Both the position numbers and the translations under genes were made by a program. From Octopus vulgaris (Eukaryota), in NCBI GenBank assembly GCA_951406725.2, contig OX597823.1, forward strand, positions 8,680,001 to 8,744,000: a stretch of DNA of 64,000 nt, in the 5' to 3' direction. The notes under the pieces are model-generated. The model was not told the DNA's origin and did not search any database. It worked only from the letters and a program-made list of their open reading frames with translations. Shown piece by piece: positions 41,419 to 52,960 of the stretch; position 1 is the first letter of the stretch, and each line of letters starts with the position of its first letter.

Positions 41419-41602
41419 CCTACTACCGACAAAACACCACCACATGGATTCTATTGAGACCAGTAAGAAACAATTATGAACTTTTCTATTACACTTTTCT
41501 TTCCATAATATTTTTGATAAGGTTCGTTTTTTCAAGAACAGGAACATGTAAAATTCATAAGAAAATTAAAATTTATCTAATATAGTGGCGTTTTCAAACT
41601 TC

Positions 41603-41888
<286 letters not shown>

Positions 41889-42709
41889 TATATATATATA
41901 AACAATAAGGGTGAGTGCTTAGCATCACATTGGTGAATAAAGATTGTTTATTTGTATAATAAGACTACCGTTGGTTTCATTTTCAGGTATTTGTGTTCTC
42001 GTTTTGCTTTCATCCACAATTTGGAGACGAACACCATTCCTCCGTGTGATCGCCTTGGAAAAACTGTTAAGATATTAAGATATTTTCTTATTCTGAAACC
42101 AATGGTAGCCTTAATAAACAAACAAAAGTTATATATATATATTACTTATAGACACACATGCTCACATTTGTATGCTTTTATATGTATATGACCTGTGTGT
42201 TTGTGTGCGTATTTGCGCACATTCTTGTGCGAAAACATTTAGTCATTGTCTGAAGTATGACATGCATATGTAAACCATTTTGTGATGTGTGTTTACACAC
42301 ACACACACACACACGCACAGACACCCATACACACGCACACACACACACACACACGCACACACATGCACACACACACACATAAACACACACGTGTATATTG
42401 ATGTTTTTTGGACTTATGAAAGCAACATCGTTAGTATCATCCTTTGCATAAATATGACATCGATGTTTATATCTGTATTACCGTTGTTGCTATCGTGATA
42501 AACACCACGTACGCAGCTTCCAGCATCATCATCGTCGTTGATGTCCTCGAGGCCGTCAGCATCACTAGTGGTAGCCGTTCTAAAGCCGCTATCACGGTAA
42601 CTGCAACATCATCCTCATCGTTATCGTCATCATAGTCATCATCACCATCTTTGTCGCTCGCGGTGTCGTCTTCGTCATCATCATCATCATCATTATCATC
42701 CCCACAACC

Positions 42710-42985
42710 TCATCATTAGCCACTCCAGAAACTCCTCCACCTCTAAGACCACCACCCTCCATCACCACAATCACCATCACCACAACCATCATCATCACCA
42801 TCATCAACATCATCATCATTATCATCATCATTAGCCACTCCAGAAACTCCTCCACCTCTAAGACCACCACCCTCCATCACCACAATCACCATCACCACAA
42901 CCATCATCATCACCATCATCAACATCATCATCATTATCATCATCATTAGCCACTCCAGAAACTCCTCCATCTCTAAGACCACCCC
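42710..42985. repeat. 115-bp tandem repeat (~2.3 copies) within CAT/CAC low complexity
   Basis: TTAGCCACTCCAGAAACTCC recurs at 42716, 42831 and 42946. Confidence 0.9.
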
Positions 42986-43862
42986 CCTCATCACCCCCCA
43001 TCACCACCACCTCCATTACCAACGGCAACCACCGGGCACACTGAGACCATGACAACCGCCACGACTAACACAGGCTTCGTCATCCTCATCATCACCATTA
43101 TCATCATCAGCAGCAGCAGCAGCAACGGCAGTCGTCAACAAGTTTTATTTGTACCGCCACCCTTACAACCGCAACTACCACCAACAGCGCTACCGCTGCA
43201 GCTATTTTCTATTGGTAAATACTGTTTGATGAAAACAGTTATTACTCCTATATACACCTCACCTCCACTCTCTACAACTTTATAAGATATTGATATAAAT
43301 TCTTGATCAATATTCTTTCGAAAATAAAAACAGAAGAAAATATAGGCAAAAAAATAACGCAGAAATCAAAATTTGAATATGAGGCGTCGATATTATGAAT
43401 AATGCATTGAAGAGTCAATGCCATCATTTTACATACACACTCGCTTATAGACTCATTTTTATACTCACACACACACACACGCACACACACACACGCACAC
43501 ACACACACGCACACACACACACACACACGCACATAGGGACATATGATGTAGTCACACCAACATTTACGTGAAATACATATATATATTTTGGTATATAGAA
43601 GCATAATTCAAACACTCATTAAGGGATAATCTATGCAAATTCATATAAACACGCACCCGCATACATTACACGACACATACTCTAACAAAATCGTTCACAT
43701 AACAACACTTATGAACATAATGCATATACGTGTTGTGGTAAATTACTGATACATAGTGACACAAATTAACTCCTTTCTATCGTTCGCTTATTACACTCAT
43801 AAATATAACACGCGTTTATACTCACACATAGACATACACCTACATATGTCCCCACATACACA

Positions 43863-43900
<38 letters not shown>

Positions 43901-44458
43901 TCAACACACACATATATGCATAAAAATATATGTGTGCATATATACATAATTGTATTCACTCATATTTCCTGGCAAGAACTACTACACAAAAAATATTGAC
44001 ACACCATCAAGCGCATAGTAATATACATTATTTTTTGCACATGCGCAAAGGTGCTAATATATTAAATGCCTGAAACCTTTATACAAGGTTTATTATCCGT
44101 ATATTTACACAAACACTGAGTTACAAACGGCTTCAATATGCAGCGAGGCACTCACACTTATACTTGCACATTGTGAACCAAGACTTGCAAAAAGAAAAAA
44201 AAAAATGCCGGTTAAGAGAACAGATGAAGAAAAAAAACAACAAAATGAAAGCAAATGTGATGAATTTATCTATAAAAGCAAAGGAGTGTGAAGTAGATAT
44301 GGCGAGTGTAATACAAAACAAGCGAGAAACAAAGGAACAACTTATTCTAAATAGCTTCGGTTGTAGCAGACAACAGAACCAATAACAGAGGCAGTAACAA
44401 ACAGCTAGACCCTCAACAGCATTAACAAAAGTTGGAAGGATATAAACGTTTGCTATAA

Positions 44459-44905
44459 GGCGGCGAGCTGGCAGAAACGTTAGCACGCCGGGTGAAATGC
44501 TTGGCGGTATTTCGTCTGCCGTTACATTCTGAGTTCAAATTCCGCCGAAAGAAATAGGTATTTCGTCTGCCGTTACATTCTGAGTTCAAATTCCGCCGCG
44601 GTCGACTTTGCCTTTCATCCTTTCGGGGTCGATAAATTATGTACCAGTTACGCAATGGGGTCGATGTAATCAACTTAATCCGTTTGTCTGTGCTTGATTA
44701 TGGCTTCTGTGTTTAGCCCCTTGTGGGTAGTAAAGAAATAGGCATTTTGTATGTCTTTTCGTCCTGAGTTCAAATTCTGCTGCAGTCGACCTTGCGTTTT
44801 ATCCTCTTGAAGTTGGTAAAATATGCACCAGTTGAGTACTGGGGCCGCTATAATCGACTTGCCTCTTCCCCCGAAATTACTGATCTTGTACTAAAATTAG
44901 AAAGG
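44459..44905 (+). mobile_element. SINE family C compound/tandem array
   Basis: Head 44459; 42-bp duplication 44506-44547 / 44557-44598; tail ends 44740; further headless older unit 44741-44905. Confidence 0.88.
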
Positions 44906-45244
44906 ATGATGATTAGTATTATTGGGTGAGGGAACAATACTCGCCATGAAAGAAACGTTTCGAAACCACTATTAATGTTTCCTATATCAAAAACGCCTGG
45001 CATTTTGTAAAAGGAACAGGCAATTGTATCGATGCTACTGTTTTGATTGCTACTATATTTTATAAACGCTTCATATATGGCAAAAGTTCACCTCTCAGTT
45101 ACATTGATAACTGGAAAACACGAGTGTCCGAAAGTGTGGTGTTATGAAACTTTCCGGCAAATTAAACAACTAGAGTTTCTATCAACTTTTATATCTGTAG
45201 CAACTGGGAATAATTTTGTAATTTTTGATGTAAGTTTTAATACA

Positions 45245-45281
<37 letters not shown>

Positions 45282-45286
<5 letters not shown>

Positions 45287-45490
45287 GTAATATGTGACAA
45301 TTATTTAGTAGCCATGTTAAAACTCCGAGTTTCGGATGCCGAGGGGGAAATCCACGCCGCCATCTCTTCAGTTATCCGGCCATCATGACTTCCGAATAAT
45401 TGTCGCATATTACATTTACAGATAAATTCCTCTATTTACATAATATTGAGGTCTCTTTCTTTCTTTTGTTGTCTTACCATTTTTACCAAT
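45282..45490 (-). mobile_element. (TA)n-embedded Penelope-like pLTR-type element with hammerhead enclosed by a 24-bp inverted repeat
   Basis: Inverted repeat 45282-45305 / 45395-45418; second copy in opposite orientation at 62930-63102. Confidence 0.75.
45316..45376 (-). ncRNA. Minimal hammerhead ribozyme motif
   Basis: GAUAA-CUGAAGA-GAUG...CAUC-C-GAAACUCGGAGUU-UUAAC; the second copy has a perfect GAUAA/UUAUC stem I. Confidence 0.65.
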
Positions 45491-45509
45491 ATATATATAT
45501 ATATATATA

Positions 45510-45681
45510 AGGCGCAGGAGTGGCTGTGTGGTAAGTATCTTGGTAACCAGCCACATGGTTCCAGGTTCAGTCCCACTGCGTGGCATCTTGGGCAAGTGTC
45601 TTTTACTATAGCCCCGGGCCGACCAATGCCTTGTGAGTAGATTTGGTAGACGGAAACTGAAAGAAGCCTGTCGTATATATG

Positions 45682-45714
<33 letters not shown>

Positions 45715-45917
45715 CTTTGTGTGTCTGTGTTTGTCCCCCTAGCATTGCTTGACAACCGACGCTGGTGTGTTTACGCCCCCGTCACTTAGCGGTTCGGCAA
45801 AAGAGTCCGATAGAATAAGTACTGGGCTTACAAAGAATAAGTCCTGGGGTCGATTTGCTCGACTAAAGGCGGTGCTCCAGCATAGCCACAAGCAAATGAC
45901 TGAAACAAGTAAAAGAG
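45510..45917 (+). mobile_element. SINE family A
   Basis: Full-length match. Confidence 0.92.
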
Positions 45918-45964
45918 ATAGTATTAATGAGATAAAAGATGGAATGTGAAATAGACTTTATTGG

Positions 45965-46004
45965 GTACAACACGTTTCGATCAAGTCTGGGCCTCTTCAG
46001 GTAC
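45965..46004 (-). ncRNA. Minimal type-I hammerhead ribozyme motif (canonical core) followed by AATAAA
   Basis: GUAC-CUGAAGA-GGCCCAGACUUGAUC-GAAACGUGUU-GUAC then CCAAUAAA; stem III ACGUGU is one transition from the palindrome ACGCGU. Confidence 0.75.
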
Positions 46005-46363
46005 ATCAGTATAAAGTCTCACTAGAGGTTTCTTGAATCAGCTTACAGACCACTATATTAATACAGTTACCCCAACAACCACTAGGGAATTTCTGCAGTA
46101 AATCTACGGATAAAAACAGGTAATCGAAACTGTGCAGGTGCTTTACTAATCATGCATTTATACATTTTGTACAATTTCTCCATTATATACATATTGTAAT
46201 ATAAAATACAGTGTACATTTAAACACATAAGGAATCCCCTCGTGGGATTCAACACACTAGAAAGAACAGCTAGGTTCCATAACCACAAAATTAGGGATAA
46301 AATTCGACAGGAACAAAAGGAAAAAATAAAAACGTTTTAGCATCTAGTTTCCTGGACATATTG

Positions 46364-46404
<41 letters not shown>

Positions 46405-46748
46405 AAATGGTTACAAATCTACTCTTTTTTTTATTTAAATTGTAAATATAAAAGGTAAAGTTTAGAAAAGCAAGATGAAAGAAATCCTATTATGTCTGTA
46501 TAATAATCATTTTTTCTCACAGCAAAATATCATTAAAAAAAAAACACATGCAGATTTACATATTTTCCTATTCCTCTTTTGTTGTTCCCGGCAAACACTG
46601 GACCATCTTCTGTTTCTTCCTTTAAATTAATTACTCTGTACTCTTGTATTACTCGAGTTACTTTAGCCTATTGCATATAACTTCTATGTGCTGTCATGGA
46701 CCTCCCGTATAACAAATGGACTGAATTTATTTTATTATATAGCACATA

Positions 46749-48378
46749 CACTGGCCAAAATAAGTTTCAGACCGATGATGACAGTTCCATTCCTAATTAA
46801 TTTATTTTTAACAAAACGGTATAGAATTATTTTACTTTTTACAGTTTATGTAGAATTATTTTGTTGTTTCGAAAGATGTAGGTGTTATATATATTTCTAC
46901 AATTTGAATAGTTTTAATATGCAATTAATTCCAATGATTAAAAATTGTCGGCAAAATAAGTTTATGAACGGACCAATATTATTTTGTTTAAATTGAAAAT
47001 TTACTGCACAAATGATCAACGAACAAAACTTTATTATTAATATCTTGTTCCGTAGCCAATGTTTTCAATTACGACCTTATAACAGCAGAACATGGAACTC
47101 GACAAACGAGCACAAAAATCATTTGGAATGTTCTGCCATATTTCGTCAATAAAAATATATAGAGATAATCTGTTGGGTTTTTTAGCATGAACTCTTTTAG
47201 AAACCTAATTCCATAAATTTTCTATCGTATTCAAATCGGGGTTCTCCGGAGGCCACTCAATAACCACCATATTATTGCGCTAAAAATATTGCAAAACTTT
47301 CTTAGTCTTATGAACGGGGCAATTGTCTTGCTGGAAAATAGATCCCGGTGGCATCTGATTATTCAAATAAGGCAGCACATTTTCATTTACTAATTGCAGA
47401 TAGCCTACACTGTTCAGTCTGCTATTAACCTTAACAATTTTACCACCACCTAAGCTGCTGAATGCGGCCCGCACCATTAACACCCACCTCCCACTTGTGC
47501 CGTTTTCTCGACACACTTATGATGGAATCCTTCAGTTGGCTGGAGTCTAACGTAAGTCTTTCTGTTTGATTCAAAGGTGCAGAAGTGGGATTCGTTACTC
47601 CAAAGGACTTCTGACCAGTCTTCGACCGTCCACTCAATATGGGTTTTAGCAAACTTTATCCACTTCCGCCAGTTCGTCTCAGAAATTTCCGGCTTCTTTC
47701 GAGCCATCCAGCCGAACTGTTCAAATTCTTTTAGGTGGTATCTGAGAGTTTGTGGTGTAAAGCTGATGTCAGTTTCATTAGATACTTGCTTGCAAATGTC
47801 TACTGCTGTTAGCATTCGGTTACCTTCGGAGAGCCTGTGAATTCGTCGACCCATCTGTACTATTGTTTTTCTCAGAGCACCTGTTCTTTGCCGATCTTTG
47901 TATTAGCCAGTGGCTTGGTAAAGCTTCCATGCTTGAACAAAAGCCGTTTTGCTGCATCCTAATTGCTTGTTAATGAGCATGAAGGACACGTGTCGCTGAT
48001 GGAGCAACACCATATTTGATCTAGTGACTGGACTGACACTACGACGCTTTCCTATAGTGAATTAATGTGTAACAATGCTCGATTATTAACCAAAACAGTG
48101 CAGTAAGGTCAGCCATACGACCACCTATTTGGTTTATTAATTTACACAATCTTGGTACGGTCTTTAACTTATTTTGCCGACAATTTCTAATCACTTGAAG
48201 TAATTGCACATTAAAATTATTCGAATTGTAGAAATAATGCGTATATCATTCGAAAAAAGAAAAAAAGGAAAGTCCATATAAACTGTAAAAAGTAAAATAA
48301 TTTGATACAGTTCTGTTAAAAATATATTAATGAAGGAATAAAAATTTCATCATGGTCTTAAACATATTTTGGGTAGTG
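46749..48378 (-). mobile_element. Tc1-family (DD34E) transposon with long IR/DR-type TIRs, defective
   Basis: TA flanks; ~240-bp diverged TIRs with outer and inner GCCAAAATAAG-type repeats; ARKKP, VLWSNES, FQQDNCPVH, EWPPENPDLNTIENLWN. Confidence 0.92.
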
Positions 48379-48530
48379 TATATGTCTAAGATTAAAGATC
48401 TGGAAAAACAGCTGCTTGGAAGTTGACTAGTTTTGGATCTAGGAGGTAAGAATTTTGCGGCTATGTATCTTGCTATAAGTGTGTTGCATTGCACTGCACA
48501 TGGATGCTGTCACATCTAATATATATATAT

Positions 48531-48732
48531 GCAGCATGATGTTTTGTCAGTGAACAGGTCGCGGTCTCAAAGCGACGAAAATATTTTGACAAATTAAATT
48601 TAAATGTTGGAGTGAATCTAACGGTTTTGAATGTTTTTAAATGGCTTATAAACACCTTCCACGCTGCAATTGTTTTCGTTCCAGCACACGATCTCAGATC
48701 AAGTCACTCGCTATGCAAGTATATCTCCGTAA
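48531..48732 (+). mobile_element. (TA)n-embedded repeat with hammerhead topology but non-canonical core (48543-48593)
   Basis: UUUGUCA-GUGAACAG-GUCGC...GCGAC-GAAAAUAUUU-UGACAAA; homolog at 12836-13018. Confidence 0.65.
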
Positions 48733-48757
48733 TATATATATATATATATATATATAA

Positions 48758-49056
48758 CTAGCAGTATCGCCCGGCGTTGCTCGGGTTTGTAAGGGAAATA
48801 ACTATATAAGCATTTTTAGAGAGTTACTTCCCTTATATAATAGCAACAAAATGCATTGAAAATGGGAAAAAATTATGGTAAATTTTTTTTTAAATCGTAG
48901 ACTCATCGTAGACGCACGCTAATACCCAGAAGGGCTCGATATGAATCATGACTATAAGAAACCCGCTTTTGGTTAAACTGCACCGCAAAATGTGGGAGTA
49001 GTTAGGAATCTAAATCGTAGGAGACAGACACACAACTTCACTTTTATATATAAAGA
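48758..49056 (-). mobile_element. Non-autonomous Helitron (~300 bp)
   Basis: Minus strand starts A|TCTTTATATATAAAA and ends with GC hairpin CCCGAGCAACGCCGGG then CTAG|T; no TSD. Confidence 0.85.
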
Positions 49057-49519
49057 TTATTCAAGAGTGTCAGCGAATTGAATAGCGTTTAAGAAAATTT
49101 CGTAGGTTTACATCGTAAAAAAAGATTACTCGCTAATGTGAATAAGTTATTGTTTTCACAACGACACAAAAGTATAAACTCACTATGACAATACATATGC
49201 TCACATATAAACACACAATTTATACGAGGCAATGTAGGAACCTCTAAAGTGTCGTTTGACTCGCTAAATATGGCAACCACACTACAATTTCTTTTAATAA
49301 GAAAGATTGCGTAATGTACTTCTAGTCACCTCAAAAAAAAATGTTCGTAGCTTGTGTACATCTGAAAATAGGACTACTATTTTGAAGTGGGATAAACGAA
49401 GTACATGACGTTTATCAAAATAGAAACTAGTTTTTTTAAGCATAATATGTATCGCTTTCCTCATAATTAAGTCACATGTATTTCTTACTAAATTGTTCCA
49501 TTCTTTATGGATACTGCGC

Positions 49520-49878
49520 GTCCAATTTTGTTTTCTGTTTTGAGAATTAATGCACTCCTCTCACATAATTTTGTTTGATACTTTTATCCTCTAAAATCGG
49601 TTCCCTTTCCGATTGGGTTTTTACAGTGGAAATAAAATAAAAAAGTGGCGCGAAATCCGGAACAAAGTTTTCGCGAGCTTTTCCAAAAAGACTTGAATGC
49701 AGAGGGTTGCGCGAATATTTACGTTGTTATGGCGTAGCATCCAGGTTTTATCTGTTTCTTTCTCTGCACTGCCTCTCTCAAACACCTCTCTAAAACATTT
49801 TATTGATTGTCTGACCAGATGAAGCAATCTCATAAGGAACAATGCTTTCCCACTCAAAACCATATTCAACATCATATA
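49520..49878 (-). mobile_element. Highly decayed mariner remnant
   Basis: WMLRHNNV...VFLEK...FFILFPL resembles W.LHHDNA...FL.K...DFFLFP. Confidence 0.55.
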
Positions 49879-49880
49879 TT

Positions 49881-49942
<62 letters not shown>

Positions 49943-52434
49943 TACACATACACATACACATATGTGTGTGTGTGTGTGTATTTGAGCCACGGCGACGTTG
50001 ATCCACATGGAATGAAACAGAGTTGCCCTACAAGGTTTGCCAAATTGCAAGCAGAAATTCTCACAAGCACTTTATTGATTAAAATCCTACTTTGTTAATC
50101 ACCAGGTGCATTAAACGTATGTATAATAAACTCACGTTTCCTTACCATACGTGAGGATCAATAGTTATTTTAAGATGCATACAACGAGAAGATCTACGCC
50201 ACCGCGCAATCGTAAGTATGTTTACCTGGCTGCTTAGTCTGATGGTTTAAAAGCTCTGCTTCGTGTTGGAAAAAGCTCATGTACTATGTGTGTGTGTGTG
50301 TTTATCATTGATAATTATTCAAGTACTTCGAAGAATTCAAGTCACACGTCTTAGTATGTGACAGTTTTTTTTTTGTCAATATAGTAGTTTTGGACCTTGT
50401 ATCTCTCTTGGATCTTCACTACTAGAATTGACCTTGCAAATGTCAATCAGACCGATGTATCAAGACTTTTTGAAAAGATTATGTACAAGGTGAGCTTGTA
50501 GTACAAATAACCAACTGTCAGATGAAGTGTTTTCTCAATCTGTTACTTTCCATCAATCCTTCGACTAGTTTCACTCGTAATATTATATGTTTCAAGAGTG
50601 ACGGTTGCACGGTGATCATTTTGTAGTTCATATTGGTGTTTATTTACATTACAGATTTCACGCCAAAATGATTCCATATTATTCTAGGGCGGCGATTTTG
50701 CAATCTTGACCTTTCATGTCTTCTCGATATATTGCTTGTAGCTTTAATGAAAACATACAGGTTCTAACCATACATTCTTGTATTATTTTAGGATGATAAG
50801 CTTTTGAGTTACCGCTTGTAGTTTGTGTTTAAGGACAATTAGCTTGCAAGTGGTTGTCTCTCGTGTGCAGTTTCACTAGACAATCTTCCCTTACATAAGC
50901 CTCTCGTCTCGTGGGTCCATCGTGGAAGCCCGTCCAATCGAATGTACTTGCAATTCAAACGTTCAGTGTTGTCACACACAGTGTTGAGCTGATAGCACAT
51001 ACTGATGAAGCGAAGCGGACACGTGTCTCAGGAATACTTAGCCAATTACATGCTAATTCACTGAGTAGTTGTTAGGGATCTAACAATTGCATGCCTATCG
51101 TGGAAAGCGATAGTGGTTCATTAAATATACCTGTATCTGTATACGTGTATATTAGAATGCATATACTTGCGTGCGCATGCATATGTGTAACAAAACAACG
51201 TGAAAATACATTGAAAGTTTACTTTCAAATGCCGCTGAATAGGAAACCTAACAGAATAAACCGTCGAAGCAAGTTAAACTAATGAAGTTATCACAGGGAG
51301 AATACTCTATTCTGACTCTCACTTGATTGAACTCAGTTGCTTACGTTTCTGATGTTCCTATCTCTTAAAAAGGTGACAAGTATTGCTGGTTTCAAAGTTA
51401 AACAATGGAAAATATAAAATTCAATTTGGACAAAATATTACGTTACAAACATAATTGTATTAGGGAAATTACATAACACACTACAGGCACACGAATTAAT
51501 TGTAAATAAGAATTAAATTTTAGGCTTGCTCTAAAGCAAATTTGGGGTTGTAGTCCATACAGAGAACTTAATTATTTATGTCATTTATTCTTAATTTACT
51601 GAGGCGGTGGTTTGCCAAAGTCGTTTGTTCATTGACGAGTTTATCATGCAGTATTTGTTTCAACTCTATTCGCTCTGAGTTCGAATACCACTGAAACGAA
51701 TTTTTCTTTTAAGGGTCTATCAAACAGTATCATTCTGCGTTTGAAACTGCATGAAAATTTGGCTGGACCTGTTTTGGCATTTTATCTCCTCAGTTGAAAT
51801 TCGGCATTTACATACTTGGGTTGTAAACTTAATCCGTCATTCGGTTTAACATTGTCATTTACCTCTTCGTAGGCGTTTGGCGGACTTCAAGCATTCGTAA
51901 AAAGATACCGTTTTATTTTTTTGATACTTTAACCCTCCTACCAGTTTTGGAGACCATGAAATGGTCATGGTTATGTCTTCATCATTACAAAATTCAAAAC
52001 TGCTATGTTCTTAAAGTAACTCTTTGTATGGCATTTTCCTCTTCTAAAAGTAGCTATTCTACTATCAACTTCTCAAGAACACAACTCCAAATATGTGGAA
52101 GTATTGCTTGTAAAAAAATACAGAAGAAAAACCCCAATGGAGATAGATGTTCCGAAATTAAACGTATTGTGGGTGTATCTGTCATATCTGTCAGGAAATG
52201 TCATTAACGGACCAGAGAAAGCGCGATGATTTGCCGAACCTGAATCGTGCGGTAAGTGGTTATGTTCGTTTACGTTCGGTGGCAGATTCTCCTTAAAAGT
52301 TACTAGTGACGTTCTAAAATCTATAGATATAACAATGTAAATAAATCTCTATATGTTTCGATGATGTTCAATTTGCTCGATAGGGAAAGGCCTTCTCATT
52401 GAATCAGAATTTATGTAGTTGTATGTGTATTCAC

Positions 52435-52960
52435 GTTACGCTACAAACATAATTGTATTAGGAAAATTACATAATACGCTATAGGCACCCGAATTAATTG
52501 TATATAAGTATTAAATGTTAGGCTTGCTCTAAAGCAATATTACTGTTTATTTACATAACAGATTTCACGCCAAACTAATTCCATATTATTCTAGGGCGGC
52601 GATTATGCGATCTTGACCTTTCTTGTCATGATATATTGCTAGTAGCTTTAATATAGGAATTATATAGGTATATAAGAATTTTAAATAGGCATTAGAGATG
52701 CTCTTGAAAGTAAAGCTCATGGGTTGTTGAAGTTCATAGAGTAGTTAAAAAGGAGGAAGTTACTCAAACCCAGTGGACAAACAAATCAGCAACATTTATT
52801 AAGTATTTACATCGGCCGAACGAATCTTCTCGTCAATGAAAAAAAACGACTCTGGCAGACCATCGCCTTAGTAAATTAAGAATAAATGACATAATTAAGT
52901 TCTCTGTATGGACTACAACCCTAATATTGCTTTAGAGCAAGCCTAAAATTTAATTCTTAT
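52435..52960. repeat. Mosaic of four locally duplicated segments (three direct, one inverted)
   Basis: 52435-52540~51438-51540; 52544-52652~50637-50748; 52650-52832~53391-53553; 52829-52960 is the reverse complement of ~51507-51639. Confidence 0.85.

Noticed and set aside
42592-43055. D/G/M-rich ORFs suggesting a repetitive structural protein
   Set aside because: Low-complexity trinucleotide DNA with a 115-bp (non-triplet) duplication; no splice or codon support
51002-51027. CTGATGA followed by palindrome GACACGTGTC
   Set aside because: No GAAA and no stem I; at best a dead hammerhead relic
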